Source: a virus (lineage: Duplodnaviria; Caudoviricetes). From it: 64,000 nucleotides of DNA. Location: IMG/VR virus record IMGVR_UViG_2939702853_000004, positions 37,038 to 101,037 of that record; one strand, written 5' to 3'. A program made the translations under genes and the position numbers. The notes beneath the pieces are model-generated. The model did not search any database. It had not been told where the DNA came from and was given only the letters and a program-made list of their open reading frames with translations. This document shows, piece by piece, positions 41,336 through 51,453 of this stretch. Each line of letters starts with the position of its first letter. Positions within the stretch are counted from its first letter, which is position 1.

Positions 41336-41554
41336 CTAATGATTTTTCAACCAACAGTCTAAATTGAGATTTGTTTTTACAACTCTAGATACTTTAGAAT
41401 CCCATATACGGAATCCGTTGCACATAAAGTTATCTAATTCATGAATTTTTTCAGCTTCTATTTTTACAAATCTCCAAGTTTCAAGCCTGTGTTCTCTATC
41501 ATAGTCCACTAATTTCATAAGACAATATCTTTTACTCATAGCTGCAAACCTCAT
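41336..41554 (-). CDS. hypothetical protein
   Basis: ORF upstream of AbrB-like gene. Confidence 0.55.
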   Translation of the reverse strand: MRFAAMSKRYCLMKLVDYDREHRLETWRFVKIEAEKIHELDNFMCNGFRIWDSKVSRVVKTNLNLDCWLKNH

Positions 41555-41655
41555 GTTGTGTATTTTTTACTGTCTATTTTTTGGTTATGGTGTTAGAATA
41601 AAATACAGATCACTCCCTATTTGAAAAGTAGGGAGATTTTTCTATGCCATCAAAA

Positions 41656-41674
41656 TGGAACGAAATTCGTTCCA
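41656..41674. promoter_or_regulatory. perfect palindrome TGGAACGAA-A-TTCGTTCCA, candidate operator of the divergent XRE regulator
   Basis: 9-bp inverted repeat in a divergent intergenic region. Confidence 0.55.
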
Positions 41675-41725
41675 CAGTTATATTATAAAAGGGGATTATT
41701 TACATGTCAAGAGGTATGGTGAAAT

Positions 41726-41947
41726 ATGTGGTATTTTGAGATTACGCTTGATCACATACTTGTTAGGAGAAATATAAGCAGGAGAGAATTAGCTCGTAAA
41801 ACTGGCATAAGACACGCTACAATCAACGATCTTTGCAATAATACTGCTAAGCAGCTACTATTCGATAATTTGGCTGCTATTTGTGAAGAATTAAATGTAG
41901 ATGTAAGTGACGTAATTGTTCTACATAAGTTTGAAAAGCGGGATTGA
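41726..41947 (+). CDS. XRE/Cro-like HTH regulator
   Basis: ISRRELARKTGIRHATINDLCNN...LAAICEEL. Confidence 0.88.
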   Translation: MWYFEITLDHILVRRNISRRELARKTGIRHATINDLCNNTAKQLLFDNLAAICEELNVDVSDVIVLHKFEKRD

Positions 41948-41957
41948 TTTCCCGCTT
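41934..41957. terminator. bidirectional terminator between XRE and MazF genes
   Basis: AAGCGGGA/TCCCGCTT stem between convergent genes. Confidence 0.6.
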
Positions 41958-41965
41958 CTACTCTT

Positions 41966-42334
41966 TTATCTCATTGCCAAAGAAACAGATAGTGCATTCA
42001 CAATTTTGTCACTGTACTCGTCTGGCAGCGTAGTTATTTTAAAATCTAGTTGGTCTTTGGATATGGTCATAATCTGTTCTAACAAAATAATACTATCATG
42101 ATATAGTCCTGTGTCAGCAACACTAACTTTTACGTGGGTTGGCATATCTTTCTTAACGCGAGATGTTACAGGGGCGACAATAACTACTGGGGAGTATTTG
42201 TTTCCGATATTATTGCCAATCACCACACAGGGTCTTTCACCACTTTGCACACTCCCTTTGCTGCTTCCCAGTTGTACATTCCACATATCTAGTCTTTTAA
42301 TTTCTTTTGTCATTTTTTCGATTGCTACTGCCAT
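41966..42334 (-). CDS. mazF: MazF/PemK (EndoA-like) endoribonuclease, no adjacent antitoxin
   Basis: GSVQSGERPCVVIGNNIGNKYSPVVIVAPVTS...PTHV...LLEQIMTISK; GAGGAG RBS supports start at 42334. Confidence 0.88.
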   Translation of the reverse strand: MAVAIEKMTKEIKRLDMWNVQLGSSKGSVQSGERPCVVIGNNIGNKYSPVVIVAPVTSRVKKDMPTHVKVSVADTGLYHDSIILLEQIMTISKDQLDFKITTLPDEYSDKIVNALSVSLAMR

Positions 42335-42489
42335 TATGTAATCACTCCTCGTTAAATATTTCTTCTTATTATTATAATTTTTCATTATTTTTGTTTTTTC
42401 TACGTGTTGTTTCTATATGTACTTATCTCTCACATTCTTATTCTCTTTCTACTTGTAATTATACTAACAAAAATAATTAAAAACAAGAT

Positions 42490-42503
42490 GGAACATTTGT
42501 TCT
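42490..42503. promoter_or_regulatory. LexA (SOS) box GGAACATTTGTTCT upstream of mazF
   Basis: GAAC-N4-GTTC core next to the -35 region of the mazF promoter. Confidence 0.6.
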
Positions 42504-42609
42504 GTCAAGTTTTTTTCGTATCATGCGAATATTTTCATAGTTAGGTGCATAATCCTATTGACAAATGGATATACATATCATTAAGGAATAATTTCAGGGA
42601 GGAATATAG

Positions 42610-43128
42610 ATGCGACAAGACGCTTGGTCTCAATCTGATGATGATCTACTAACGAAAACAGTGTTAACCTATATACGTAGTAACAAAACGCAATTAACTG
42701 CATTTCAGGAGGTTGGGAAAGAACTCAATCGTACAGCGGCAGCTTGTGGATTTAGGTGGAATAGTGCTTTAAGACATAAGTATTACAATGAAATAAAAGC
42801 AGCGAAAGAAGAAAGCATGAATAATAAGAGAAGTTCAAAAAACAGTGCTGGCACTCCACCAGTTCAAAAGACTGAATTAAATTTTATGAACGAAATAGAT
42901 AATGCTATTCAAACATTAAATAATTTACGAGTTGAGTATCTTAACATGCAAGAGACTATACGCACACAGAATAATAAAATAACTGAACTGACTATAGATA
43001 TTCAAGAAAGCAATAAAGAAGATCGACGACCTATTGCCAGTGATGATTTAGACACTCTACTAAAAATATTGCATAAAGCGGATCAAATACAAAAAAACAT
43101 GTCTCAATACAAAGAACCTGCCATATAA
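42610..43128 (+). CDS. RsfA-family transcriptional regulator
   Basis: RQDAWS..DD.LL...VL.YIR...TQL.AF.EVG..LNRTAAACGFRWNS. Confidence 0.9.
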   Translation: MRQDAWSQSDDDLLTKTVLTYIRSNKTQLTAFQEVGKELNRTAAACGFRWNSALRHKYYNEIKAAKEESMNNKRSSKNSAGTPPVQKTELNFMNEIDNAIQTLNNLRVEYLNMQETIRTQNNKITELTIDIQESNKEDRRPIASDDLDTLLKILHKADQIQKNMSQYKEPAI

Positions 43129-43140
43129 GTAGGCAGGTTT
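43115..43140. terminator. terminator hairpin after rsfA-like gene
   Basis: AACCTGCC/GGCAGGTT stem. Confidence 0.6.
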
Positions 43141-43385
43141 CTTAATAAAAATTATATTTTACGTAATAATACGCGAATAATAGCCGACGATCCTCTCAAA
43201 GATACCGGCTATTATTCGTAGTGCCCTTAGTTGAAACTGTAGGTCGCGCTGTGTCTTGTGGCTTGCATAGACACATTATACAACACATAAGTTCATCAAT
43301 CAACAGAAGTATGTGTATGGCCTCTCTAAGCGCCTCTTTTACCTTCTCATCCATTGTTAGTTGCTTCTCCTTACTGTTATGTATT

Positions 43386-43466
43386 TTATCCGTTACACTC
43401 GTGGAGGATATGTTTTACATGCTCCAACACATCCTCCAGTTTCTTTCCGCACTTTTCGCAATGCAT
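43386..43466 (-). CDS. 26-aa Zn-finger-like microprotein MHCEKCGKKLEDVLEHVKHILHECNG
   Basis: GGGTG RBS; C-x2-C-x12-H-x4-C spacing; directly after site 43489. Confidence 0.45.
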   Translation of the reverse strand: MHCEKCGKKLEDVLEHVKHILHECNG

Positions 43467-43538
43467 TTATATTTCACCCTTCTATTCGTTAAATCTACAT
43501 TTTAAATATGCCAGCCATCAAAAATTCAGATTAATTTT

Positions 43539-43847
43539 CTAAGCTTTTTGTCTTTTTATTTTTTCTATGCGTTCTTTGTTTCTCTTCTTCTTTTCTTCAT
43601 CCCAAGGCTCATACTCAATAATATTTTCAGATAAATACAATCTTACTACTAATTTTCCATTCACCATTCTTTCTACCTCGTATTTGTCTTTAATGTCACA
43701 ATAACCCTTTATCCATCCAATACTAGCACCTCTTACCCATATACGTTGGTTATAGCTCCATTTATTTTGTTTAGATTTTAAGTTATCTATTAATCTATTT
43801 GAAACCAACCCACTTTTCTCCCTTCCGTTTAAAGATATAAAAATCAA
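43539..43847 (-). CDS. hypothetical phage protein
   Basis: ORF track. Confidence 0.5.
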   Translation of the reverse strand: MIFISLNGREKSGLVSNRLIDNLKSKQNKWSYNQRIWVRGASIGWIKGYCDIKDKYEVERMVNGKLVVRLYLSENIIEYEPWDEEKKKRNKERIEKIKRQKA

Positions 43848-43921
43848 GAGAGGTTCACCAATTGCGTGTTATTATGTCTAAGTTGTTCTTTGCATTATGT
43901 TAGACTGATCAAACTTGCATA

Positions 43922-44287
43922 TTACAAAGTATCCACGATACCATGTTTCAATAAAAAAGCATTAATTTCTTCGGTAGTTGGATTGTCTATTCGCTCATCT
44001 GCATCCCACCTTGACCAGCCAGCAACACAATAGTAAGCAAGATCTATCAAGTCTTTTGGTGCAGATCCAATGTTCTTTTTATATTCATCTCGCAGCTCAT
44101 CCATACCGAATTCTATATCTTCACCACAATACTCCGTAAATTTGATTGTCTTTTTGGTTAATAATTGTGTTCCATCAGTAAACTTATCCAATAATACAAC
44201 TTCGGCATTTTCTGTCCACACTGTATAGTCGTCGTTAATTAAACGACAATAGCCAACTGTGTCACTGTTCTCGTATTTTCTCCACAT
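43922..44287 (-). CDS. hypothetical phage protein
   Basis: ORF with GGAGG RBS, flanked by sites. Confidence 0.7.
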   Translation of the reverse strand: MWRKYENSDTVGYCRLINDDYTVWTENAEVVLLDKFTDGTQLLTKKTIKFTEYCGEDIEFGMDELRDEYKKNIGSAPKDLIDLAYYCVAGWSRWDADERIDNPTTEEINAFLLKHGIVDTL

Positions 44288-44324
44288 AACATATACCTCC
44301 TGAAATTTTTATAAAGCATGCCTT

Positions 44325-44522
44325 TTATCTCCAATTATACTCACTCTCTTGTGTTTCCGAATTTCCCAAGCCAACTAAAATCCAATTCCTTTCTGCCTCC
44401 TCACCACAATTCGGACAGCTCATTTTAGAAATTCTATCAATTAATTTTAAATCAATGTTTTCTGCAAATAAGCTGTGTTCACATTTTCTGCATTCAAAAA
44501 TCACTTCATTTTTATTATCCAT
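44325..44522 (-). CDS. small Zn-ribbon protein
   Basis: CRKC...CPNC; flanked by CATGCCTTTTA direct repeats. Confidence 0.7.
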   Translation of the reverse strand: MDNKNEVIFECRKCEHSLFAENIDLKLIDRISKMSCPNCGEEAERNWILVGLGNSETQESEYNWR

Positions 44523-44556
44523 AGTGAATCTCCCCTCTATTTGACATGCCTTTTAC

Positions 44557-44919
44557 TTACTCACCAGAGTACCTATTCTCTGTTATAGGATAGTGATATA
44601 TCTCAATATCCTCATCAATAAATCCTCTTCGCTGAGCAGCCAACAGCGTCTCATACATGTTCTTTCGCCCCACAGGGTTGTCAGTGTGTAAATAGATCTT
44701 ATCAGCCCTAAATCCATTCTCACAGAAGTATTTCACCAAATCATATCCATTAGGCAGCTCTTTACCATCTACGTCCTCTCCCAGATCATGGTCTAACGTA
44801 AGAATGCGGACACTTCCAGTTTCAAGGATATGTATTGCTTCATAGTATGTACGAGCGACCACAAAGCCATCTGGACAGTCTCTGAGGTCGTCAACATACA
44901 AATCAATCTTATCAGTCAC
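44557..44919 (-). CDS. cyclic-phosphate-processing receiver-like domain protein
   Basis: LYVDDLR...LDHDLG...GYD...HTDNPVG; GTG start behind AAGGAG. Confidence 0.75.
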   Translation of the reverse strand: MTDKIDLYVDDLRDCPDGFVVARTYYEAIHILETGSVRILTLDHDLGEDVDGKELPNGYDLVKYFCENGFRADKIYLHTDNPVGRKNMYETLLAAQRRGFIDEDIEIYHYPITENRYSGE

Positions 44920-44950
44920 AGCTATACTCCTTCCCTGTAAAACACATCTT

Positions 44951-45196
44951 TTACTTAAACGACAAAGCAAACCCCAATTCTAAAAATGGAACTACCAAAA
45001 TAAACGGAAGTATAAATTGCGGAAAAGCCACAAACAATCCTACTACTGTCGCAATTAAAAATACAGGAAGAATGCAGTATAACACAAGCTCTTTAAAATG
45101 CTGAATTCTGTTTCTTTTGTTTGTTATAACAGACTTCGACAAAGAGTAAACATATTTTAAATAAAATATTTCCTTTTCTTTTGGGAAAATGAACAT
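44951..45196 (-). CDS. small membrane protein
   Basis: Two TM segments; flanked by sites 44938 and 45211. Confidence 0.6.
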   Translation of the reverse strand: MFIFPKEKEIFYLKYVYSLSKSVITNKRNRIQHFKELVLYCILPVFLIATVVGLFVAFPQFILPFILVVPFLELGFALSFK

Positions 45197-45223
45197 TTCC
45201 TTAACTCCTTTAAAATAGCCATT

Positions 45224-45607
45224 TCAATTAGATATGTTATTAACCTTTTTAAAAAGCTCCGCTGCTTCATTGGTATTCACATTATCCATTTCAACATCGA
45301 AAACAAAAGAATTGAATGTGTTATACTGCTCTTGACTGAAGTCACTGTACTTAACGCCTTGGTATTCCAATTTATTTTTGATCAAGCTCAATATAGCATT
45401 AAACCTAATAACACCGTTGATAATTTGACCATCTCTAACAATCATACTTTTAAATTCTTTGTCTTGGTCATTTTGCATGATTCTATCGATGATTTCTTCA
45501 TAGTTACCTGAAATTTTGAACATTGAAGATTCGTGTTCAGGAAAAGTTAAAGACAAGTTTGTGAGGTCTTTAATTTTAAGCTTGAATACTGGCATATTCA
45601 GACACAT
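45224..45607 (-). CDS. hypothetical protein (weak DUF262/ParB-like motif)
   Basis: IINGVIRFNAI resembles a degenerate DGQQR motif. Confidence 0.5.
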   Translation of the reverse strand: MCLNMPVFKLKIKDLTNLSLTFPEHESSMFKISGNYEEIIDRIMQNDQDKEFKSMIVRDGQIINGVIRFNAILSLIKNKLEYQGVKYSDFSQEQYNTFNSFVFDVEMDNVNTNEAAELFKKVNNISN

Positions 45608-45631
45608 CCTTATATTTTTTTAGTAACTATT

Positions 45632-46291
45632 TCATTCATTCATTTCTTCATTCATTGCAAGACGGAATGCAAGCGCTGCTTCACTATTTCTTGAGTTGTG
45701 TGTATGACCTATTCCAAGTCGAATCAACTCTTGAGCGAATCTAACATCGCTATCCCTAAAATCTTGTCCAGTTGAAAATAAATACCAATGACACAATTCA
45801 TGCATAAGCATTTCTATTACTTCTTGATAGGTTAACTGTCGATTGATTTCAGACCAGAACTCAATTAATGAATTGGCTGAATTAAAACATGCCCCTTTCA
45901 TATCTTCACATTCACTGAAGTCCAGAGCTACCAATGGTTCTTTATCAATTCTCCAATGTTGTTTAACAAGCTTCTTAGCTTCAGTTTGAAGAAAATTCTC
46001 AGTGAAAATAAAGAGATTTTTATAATCTTTGTGCTTACTTTTCGCTGTAATAAATTCATTAATTTCTTTTTCTGTTGCAGATCTAACATTATCGAATTCA
46101 AAGAAGTCTGATCCCCATTCTTTTAATGAAAAAAAGTTGAAAGATGGGTAATACATCAAAGTTTCAAAGTCTACCTCTTTTTCACGAATAAAGAGCGCAG
46201 TAACCATAAATATAGCATATGAGTTCTGATTAGTTAAATGTAAAACAAAGTAATCTCCAGATCTAGGAATAGGCATCGTTACGAACCTCAC
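45632..46291 (-). CDS. SprT-like Zn metalloprotease domain protein
   Basis: LMHELCHW (HExxH), D..F..EL.RLG. Confidence 0.7.
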   Translation of the reverse strand: MRFVTMPIPRSGDYFVLHLTNQNSYAIFMVTALFIREKEVDFETLMYYPSFNFFSLKEWGSDFFEFDNVRSATEKEINEFITAKSKHKDYKNLFIFTENFLQTEAKKLVKQHWRIDKEPLVALDFSECEDMKGACFNSANSLIEFWSEINRQLTYQEVIEMLMHELCHWYLFSTGQDFRDSDVRFAQELIRLGIGHTHNSRNSEAALAFRLAMNEEMNE

Positions 46292-46525
46292 TTATAATCT
46301 AAGTAAAACAGTCATTTGATTAACTTTTAAATACCCATAAGCCCGATGTTTAAAATAAAAAATCCGACACCGCAGAGCAATAAGTCTTTTGTCATATAGC
46401 TATAATATTTCCCAAAAAAACTAATAAAAAAATGAAATTAGATTAAAAATAAATATAGTCAATCCCACTAAACAAAGTATTAGAAACATCACTTATCTCC
46501 TTTGCTTTATAAAATAGTTATTTGA

Positions 46526-47047
46526 TCAAAATAGTTCCAATTCTCCCGAGAGTAATTCCCCTGTTTCATTAACAATGATGAAGTCCCGTGTCCATTCATT
46601 CTCATATTCATATCGTCCTTGAGAATAATGCCCATTATAGCGATAGTTATCAAGAACATCTTCGTTCTTGTATTTCCCATTGGTTAATAGCAATAGTGCT
46701 CTATAAGATTCTTCTTTTGAAGAGTGCCATTCTTTAATCTCTTCGGTCACTTTGTTGAATTGAGATACCTTAGTGCCATTAAGTTTAAAGTATTCCAATC
46801 CTACCTTTGGTTCCATCTTCCACTCAAAGCCCGATTCTTTAAACTTTGAAGAGAATTTTTTTATGAGTTCATCAACCGATAATGAATAACATTCTTCCCC
46901 AAAGTTTTGTGCAAAATTATGGCGAATCCACATCAAATATCCTTTTACATGTATGACGGTTTCGGGTGGAACCAGATACCTTCCCTTGGTTCTTTTTTGA
47001 TTCTTCTTTATGTCATTCCAGAATTTAAGATCATCGGCTATAGACAC
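46526..47047 (-). CDS. hypothetical phage protein
   Basis: ORF flanked by sites 46510 and 47076. Confidence 0.65.
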   Translation of the reverse strand: MSIADDLKFWNDIKKNQKRTKGRYLVPPETVIHVKGYLMWIRHNFAQNFGEECYSLSVDELIKKFSSKFKESGFEWKMEPKVGLEYFKLNGTKVSQFNKVTEEIKEWHSSKEESYRALLLLTNGKYKNEDVLDNYRYNGHYSQGRYEYENEWTRDFIIVNETGELLSGELELF

Positions 47048-47964
47048 AATCCAACACCCCCATTAAAATTATGCATAAAATAAACCTTTTACTTGTTCTT
47101 ATTTTTTTCTTCCTCTTTAATCGCTTTTAACATTGGGCGATTAGATAATATACTAAAATCTGGTTTAACGATAAAATCCTTTTCTTCAACTTTTTTAATA
47201 TCTTTCCCAATCACCAATTCGTTTTTATTTTCATTCACCATTTTTATATGCCTCCTATGAATTAGCTTTGCTTCGCTATAACTCTACAATACTATGTTAC
47301 TCGCTCTGATACAACGTTGGCCTTTTCAATAAATAAATCATAGCACACCTTTAATTAAATATCAATATATTTAATTATTTTTGTTTATTGAAAAAGCGAC
47401 TACTATAAAGTAATCGCCATTAGATATTATGTATGTTTAATATGTCTGTGTTGTTCATACTCCTTCGCTGCTTCACACAATTCAATCCACTCACCATTAT
47501 AATTCCTAACGTACAACTTCTTATCTTTCAATGCTCCTGCTTTATACATACTGATATTCGCTGCCTGTCAAAGAGCTATAGATGTTAACATTATTAGATA
47601 ATCTATTCCAATGATAAAAACGGTCAATCAACACAAAACTCATCGCCTCTTTTGAACGTCCAGCAGTTTCGATCTCTTCAGTAACTTTATCATCTACTAC
47701 GACCATATATGTATCCATATATAACTCCCCTTTTAATTATATTTATTTTATTAGTTAGATAAAGGTACTACTTGCTCTGTTACTTCCGTAATCTCTTCAG
47801 CGTCATGCCAACTGTCAAACTTAACAGCTAAATCAATATCGTGAGTATATAGCTGTCCGCGTTGTTCATCCCAGTCAGATCTAAGGTATTGCTTTGTTTG
47901 TGTATTAATCACCGTATACATGTTCTTTCCCCCATTGTTATCTGAATTATTGTTATTAAAAGAC

Positions 47965-48381
47965 TTATTTTATCTGGACTAATATTGCGTCGTCTACAAT
48001 CTTCTTCAAGTCATAAACAAATGATTCCATTTTTCTTTTATTGAATTGATATAGTTTGTTGCTTTTTAGTAATGGTCTATCTATTTTCAGTATATCTTTT
48101 CTAAGGTAAAGGTAACCATTATTGTCATGCTCCCTGTCATAATATTCATAATAATCAGCCCCCAAACTATTGGCTTCTTTTGGAGTAAAGTTGTCCCAAG
48201 ATTCATTTGAAATGATTTCAACATATTTGTATAATTCAATAAAATCCTTAATCTCAAAGTTATATGTAACACTGCACTTATTGTTCATTTGGTTGTGATT
48301 CATTTCAAATATTACTGCTGATTTTCTGCTTTTAACGATTAGTTCTAAACCATCAATACCTGTAAAGATTTTAATTTTCAT
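47965..48381 (-). CDS. hypothetical phage protein
   Basis: ORF with RBS. Confidence 0.65.
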   Translation of the reverse strand: MKIKIFTGIDGLELIVKSRKSAVIFEMNHNQMNNKCSVTYNFEIKDFIELYKYVEIISNESWDNFTPKEANSLGADYYEYYDREHDNNGYLYLRKDILKIDRPLLKSNKLYQFNKRKMESFVYDLKKIVDDAILVQIK

Positions 48382-48770
48382 AACTAAATAAATTCTCCCC
48401 TCTACAATTGTGATTTTGAATAAAGCACTTCTTCCGCTTAGTTTGTATCACTCATTAATACCTACAACACCCCATCATTGACATTAAATTTATAGATCGC
48501 TGCTTCCCCAAAACTTTCGCTAACCAAACTAGGTAAATTACATTTTTGTTTGTTTCCTTCGACTATTTCTTTCGCCTTAAGTGTTAAGAATGACATTCCC
48601 AACTGAATATATTTTTGATCAAATGTGAAATTAGAATGCATTGCCAATTTTTTAATTTCTTTTATTGCTATCTCTAATGCCTCATCACCATAAAGTAGTT
48701 TTAATGGATTGTTATTTGACATATTGTATTCCTCCGTTTTTGTTCTAATTTAAAATACTTCTTTTACCAC

Positions 48771-49268
48771 TTATAGTACTTCTTTTAACTCTTTTTTGTG
48801 TCTCATAATTTGTGCAGCAATTTGATATTTCAAAGCTTGTTCCAAGTTCTCATCTAACAAATTAATTAACTTATCGCGTTCAGCAATATATTCAACCTGC
48901 GAAACATCACCGTCTTTTGCAATGTACATTGCATCTACATCATCACAATCATTCTCATCAACATATCCTCCAAATGACTTGATTATCTCATTCATTATTT
49001 CTATTGAACTGCCCCAATGACGAAGAATTAAAGTTACATGTTTAACACTATCAAACTCCGTGTTTTGAAGTTGGTCTGATGTTACACAATAAAAGAGTTG
49101 TCGTGACTCTAGTCCAAAATTAAAATCAATAAAGCCGGTTTCTCTTTTAGAGTAGTCATCGATCCTAATGTGGGAAGTAGCATTACTATCAAACTTAGTG
49201 CAAATTACATCTAAAATCTGATCTGCTGTAATATCTTTATTTAGATATCCTTTAGTATCCACGCCCAT
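48771..49268 (-). CDS. hypothetical phage protein
   Basis: ORF with RBS; FGGYVDENDC motif. Confidence 0.7.
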   Translation of the reverse strand: MGVDTKGYLNKDITADQILDVICTKFDSNATSHIRIDDYSKRETGFIDFNFGLESRQLFYCVTSDQLQNTEFDSVKHVTLILRHWGSSIEIMNEIIKSFGGYVDENDCDDVDAMYIAKDGDVSQVEYIAERDKLINLLDENLEQALKYQIAAQIMRHKKELKEVL

Positions 49269-51453
49269 TACTATCCACTCCTAATAAGTTATAGAAAATG
49301 ATTCACCTTATAAAAGAATCCTTTTACCTAGTCTTTCTTGCTAAGATAATCACACATTCTTCCTCATTAAATCCCTCCAACAATGATTGAATATGGAATC
49401 CTCTATCATCTTCACGTTTCGAATTAACATTGATGAAGATATTCTTTTCAGAGCTAACTCCATAAATTGCTGGACTGTCATCGAAAGTTCTATCTACTGA
49501 ATACTCAACTCCGTCAACCATTACTTTTCTAGTTTCATCTTTCACACTTAACCTCTCCTTATGAAATATCTTTTTATCAATATTACAATGTTTCTTTAAT
49601 CAATTTCTGGTTCAATACCACTCTCTTTGCAATATTCGATGTATGTTCCCTCAAGATCCCTTACATATTTGTTTCCATGTAAGTACACCAGTTGAGTAGG
49701 AGAATAACCATAGTTTCCTTCAATCCATCTTGTAAAAGTCATTTTAATAATCGCTCCATTCTATGTTTTGATGAAATATTCATTTGATCTACTCAGAAAG
49801 CTCTTCAATAGAAATCTCTGCTCAATTATTTCTAATAAGCTCTTTAACTGCATGTTCAGCGATTTTCTTTGTTTTGAAGTGAGTTGCCTCTTCTGCTGTC
49901 TCAACTCTTTTGTTCCAACGATCAAATTTTACATACCAATCTTCTGATTTTATAACAAACATATTTATCCCCCGTTCCTATTTAATTATACGTACCATTC
50001 CAAACTCATCTCTATCAAACACTGGAGTAAAGTTCTCCATTCCACCTGATATTGAACCCCCACCAATATGAAACCATCTTCCGTCCCATTTTTCTATAAA
50101 TCCCCAATGTCTATAATATTCAGATTCTTCGTTGACGATCCTAACTTTCTTTCCGATCATATTTTCAGGCTTCACTTTAAACCAACTCCAACAACATGAG
50201 TCATACATTTATAATCAAATGTCCATTTCTTATCTGTCCACTCTCCACTAGACCCATAGGACGCGTATTCATTGAAGTGATATACATTGCCTGTTATTGA
50301 TTTTTCACAGTGATTGCAGTTATACCCCTTATCATTTGAAATAGCCATCAAAACTAAAGAGTGCTGGTTGAATTTTCTATCCATATAACCAAGATTACAC
50401 ATCAAGTATTTTTCATATTTCTTCATCTTATAGCCACCTCATGAAAGGATCATTTTATTTCCTACTATACATTTCTCTAGATTTTCTAAAAATCTTCCCT
50501 AGTGCTGCTTGACCGAGATTTAATCGTTCACTCATCGCAACAACTTCATCATTAGCTCTTTCAAACTCTTCTCCTCTACGATTGGAGAGATATCTAGCCA
50601 CATCGTAATATAGGTCTGTCTTTTTAATTTCTTTGTTGATATACTGCTTCTCAAGTTCTTTAAGCTTTTCCATATTCTCAACTCCCCATAAAAATATAGT
50701 TTTACATAATTTGTTTTGAACCAATACTCATGACAACCATTACGCCATCAGCTTCGCATAAAGCGGCAAACTTAGTCATTTCTATTTTATCATTGAACGA
50801 AAAGATATTCGCCTCTAATTTACCTAATACCTTCTCAAACACTCTTACCTTATACATGTAATCACCTCATATGTATTGTTTTTTCTATATATTTATTATA
50901 TATCATTTAATTATTTTTGTATATAGGTTTTGCTTAATTTCTACTACTATTTTTATTGGGGAGCAAACAAAAAGACCGCCTAAGCGATCTTGTCAAATTA
51001 ATCTTTTATTGGCTTTTTATTTCAGATTCTTGCTTTTTCATAAACTCAATATAACACTTAAAACATCTACCTCTCAGCCGCGCCTTATTCTTACAGAATT
51101 TCATCTTACATTGATTTGGGTTATTTCTCATCTGTTCCGTCGATTTATATGGCATAAATCCAACTGGTATATGAAACAAGGGAAGAATTTTTAACATATC
51201 CATATAGCATTTAAGACAATATTCAGCCTCTTCGTAATCAGATACAATGTTTCCTGAACAATATTCATTCTTACACTTATGTATAGCCATGCTGTTCACC
51301 TCTAAGTTGTTTATCTATGTAGAATGCACATAATTTGTCACCTGCAACACAAATCATTCCTCGCGACAAATCACTTTATCTTATTAGCTCATAGGTTTCC
51401 CTAACTGTAAAGAGCAATTATTCATGTAACGAATCAACATTTTACTGGGTGTT

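Noticed and set aside
42546-42580. sigmaF/sigmaG promoter for rsfA-like gene (GCATA-15-GGATATACAT)
   Set aside because: Only a partial match to the -10 consensus; cannot be supported by eye.
44920-44970. ORF-track N-terminal extensions crossing boundary sites (also 27670, 50724, 61986)
   Set aside because: Better RBS-linked starts lie downstream of the site; the extensions look like longest-ORF artefacts.
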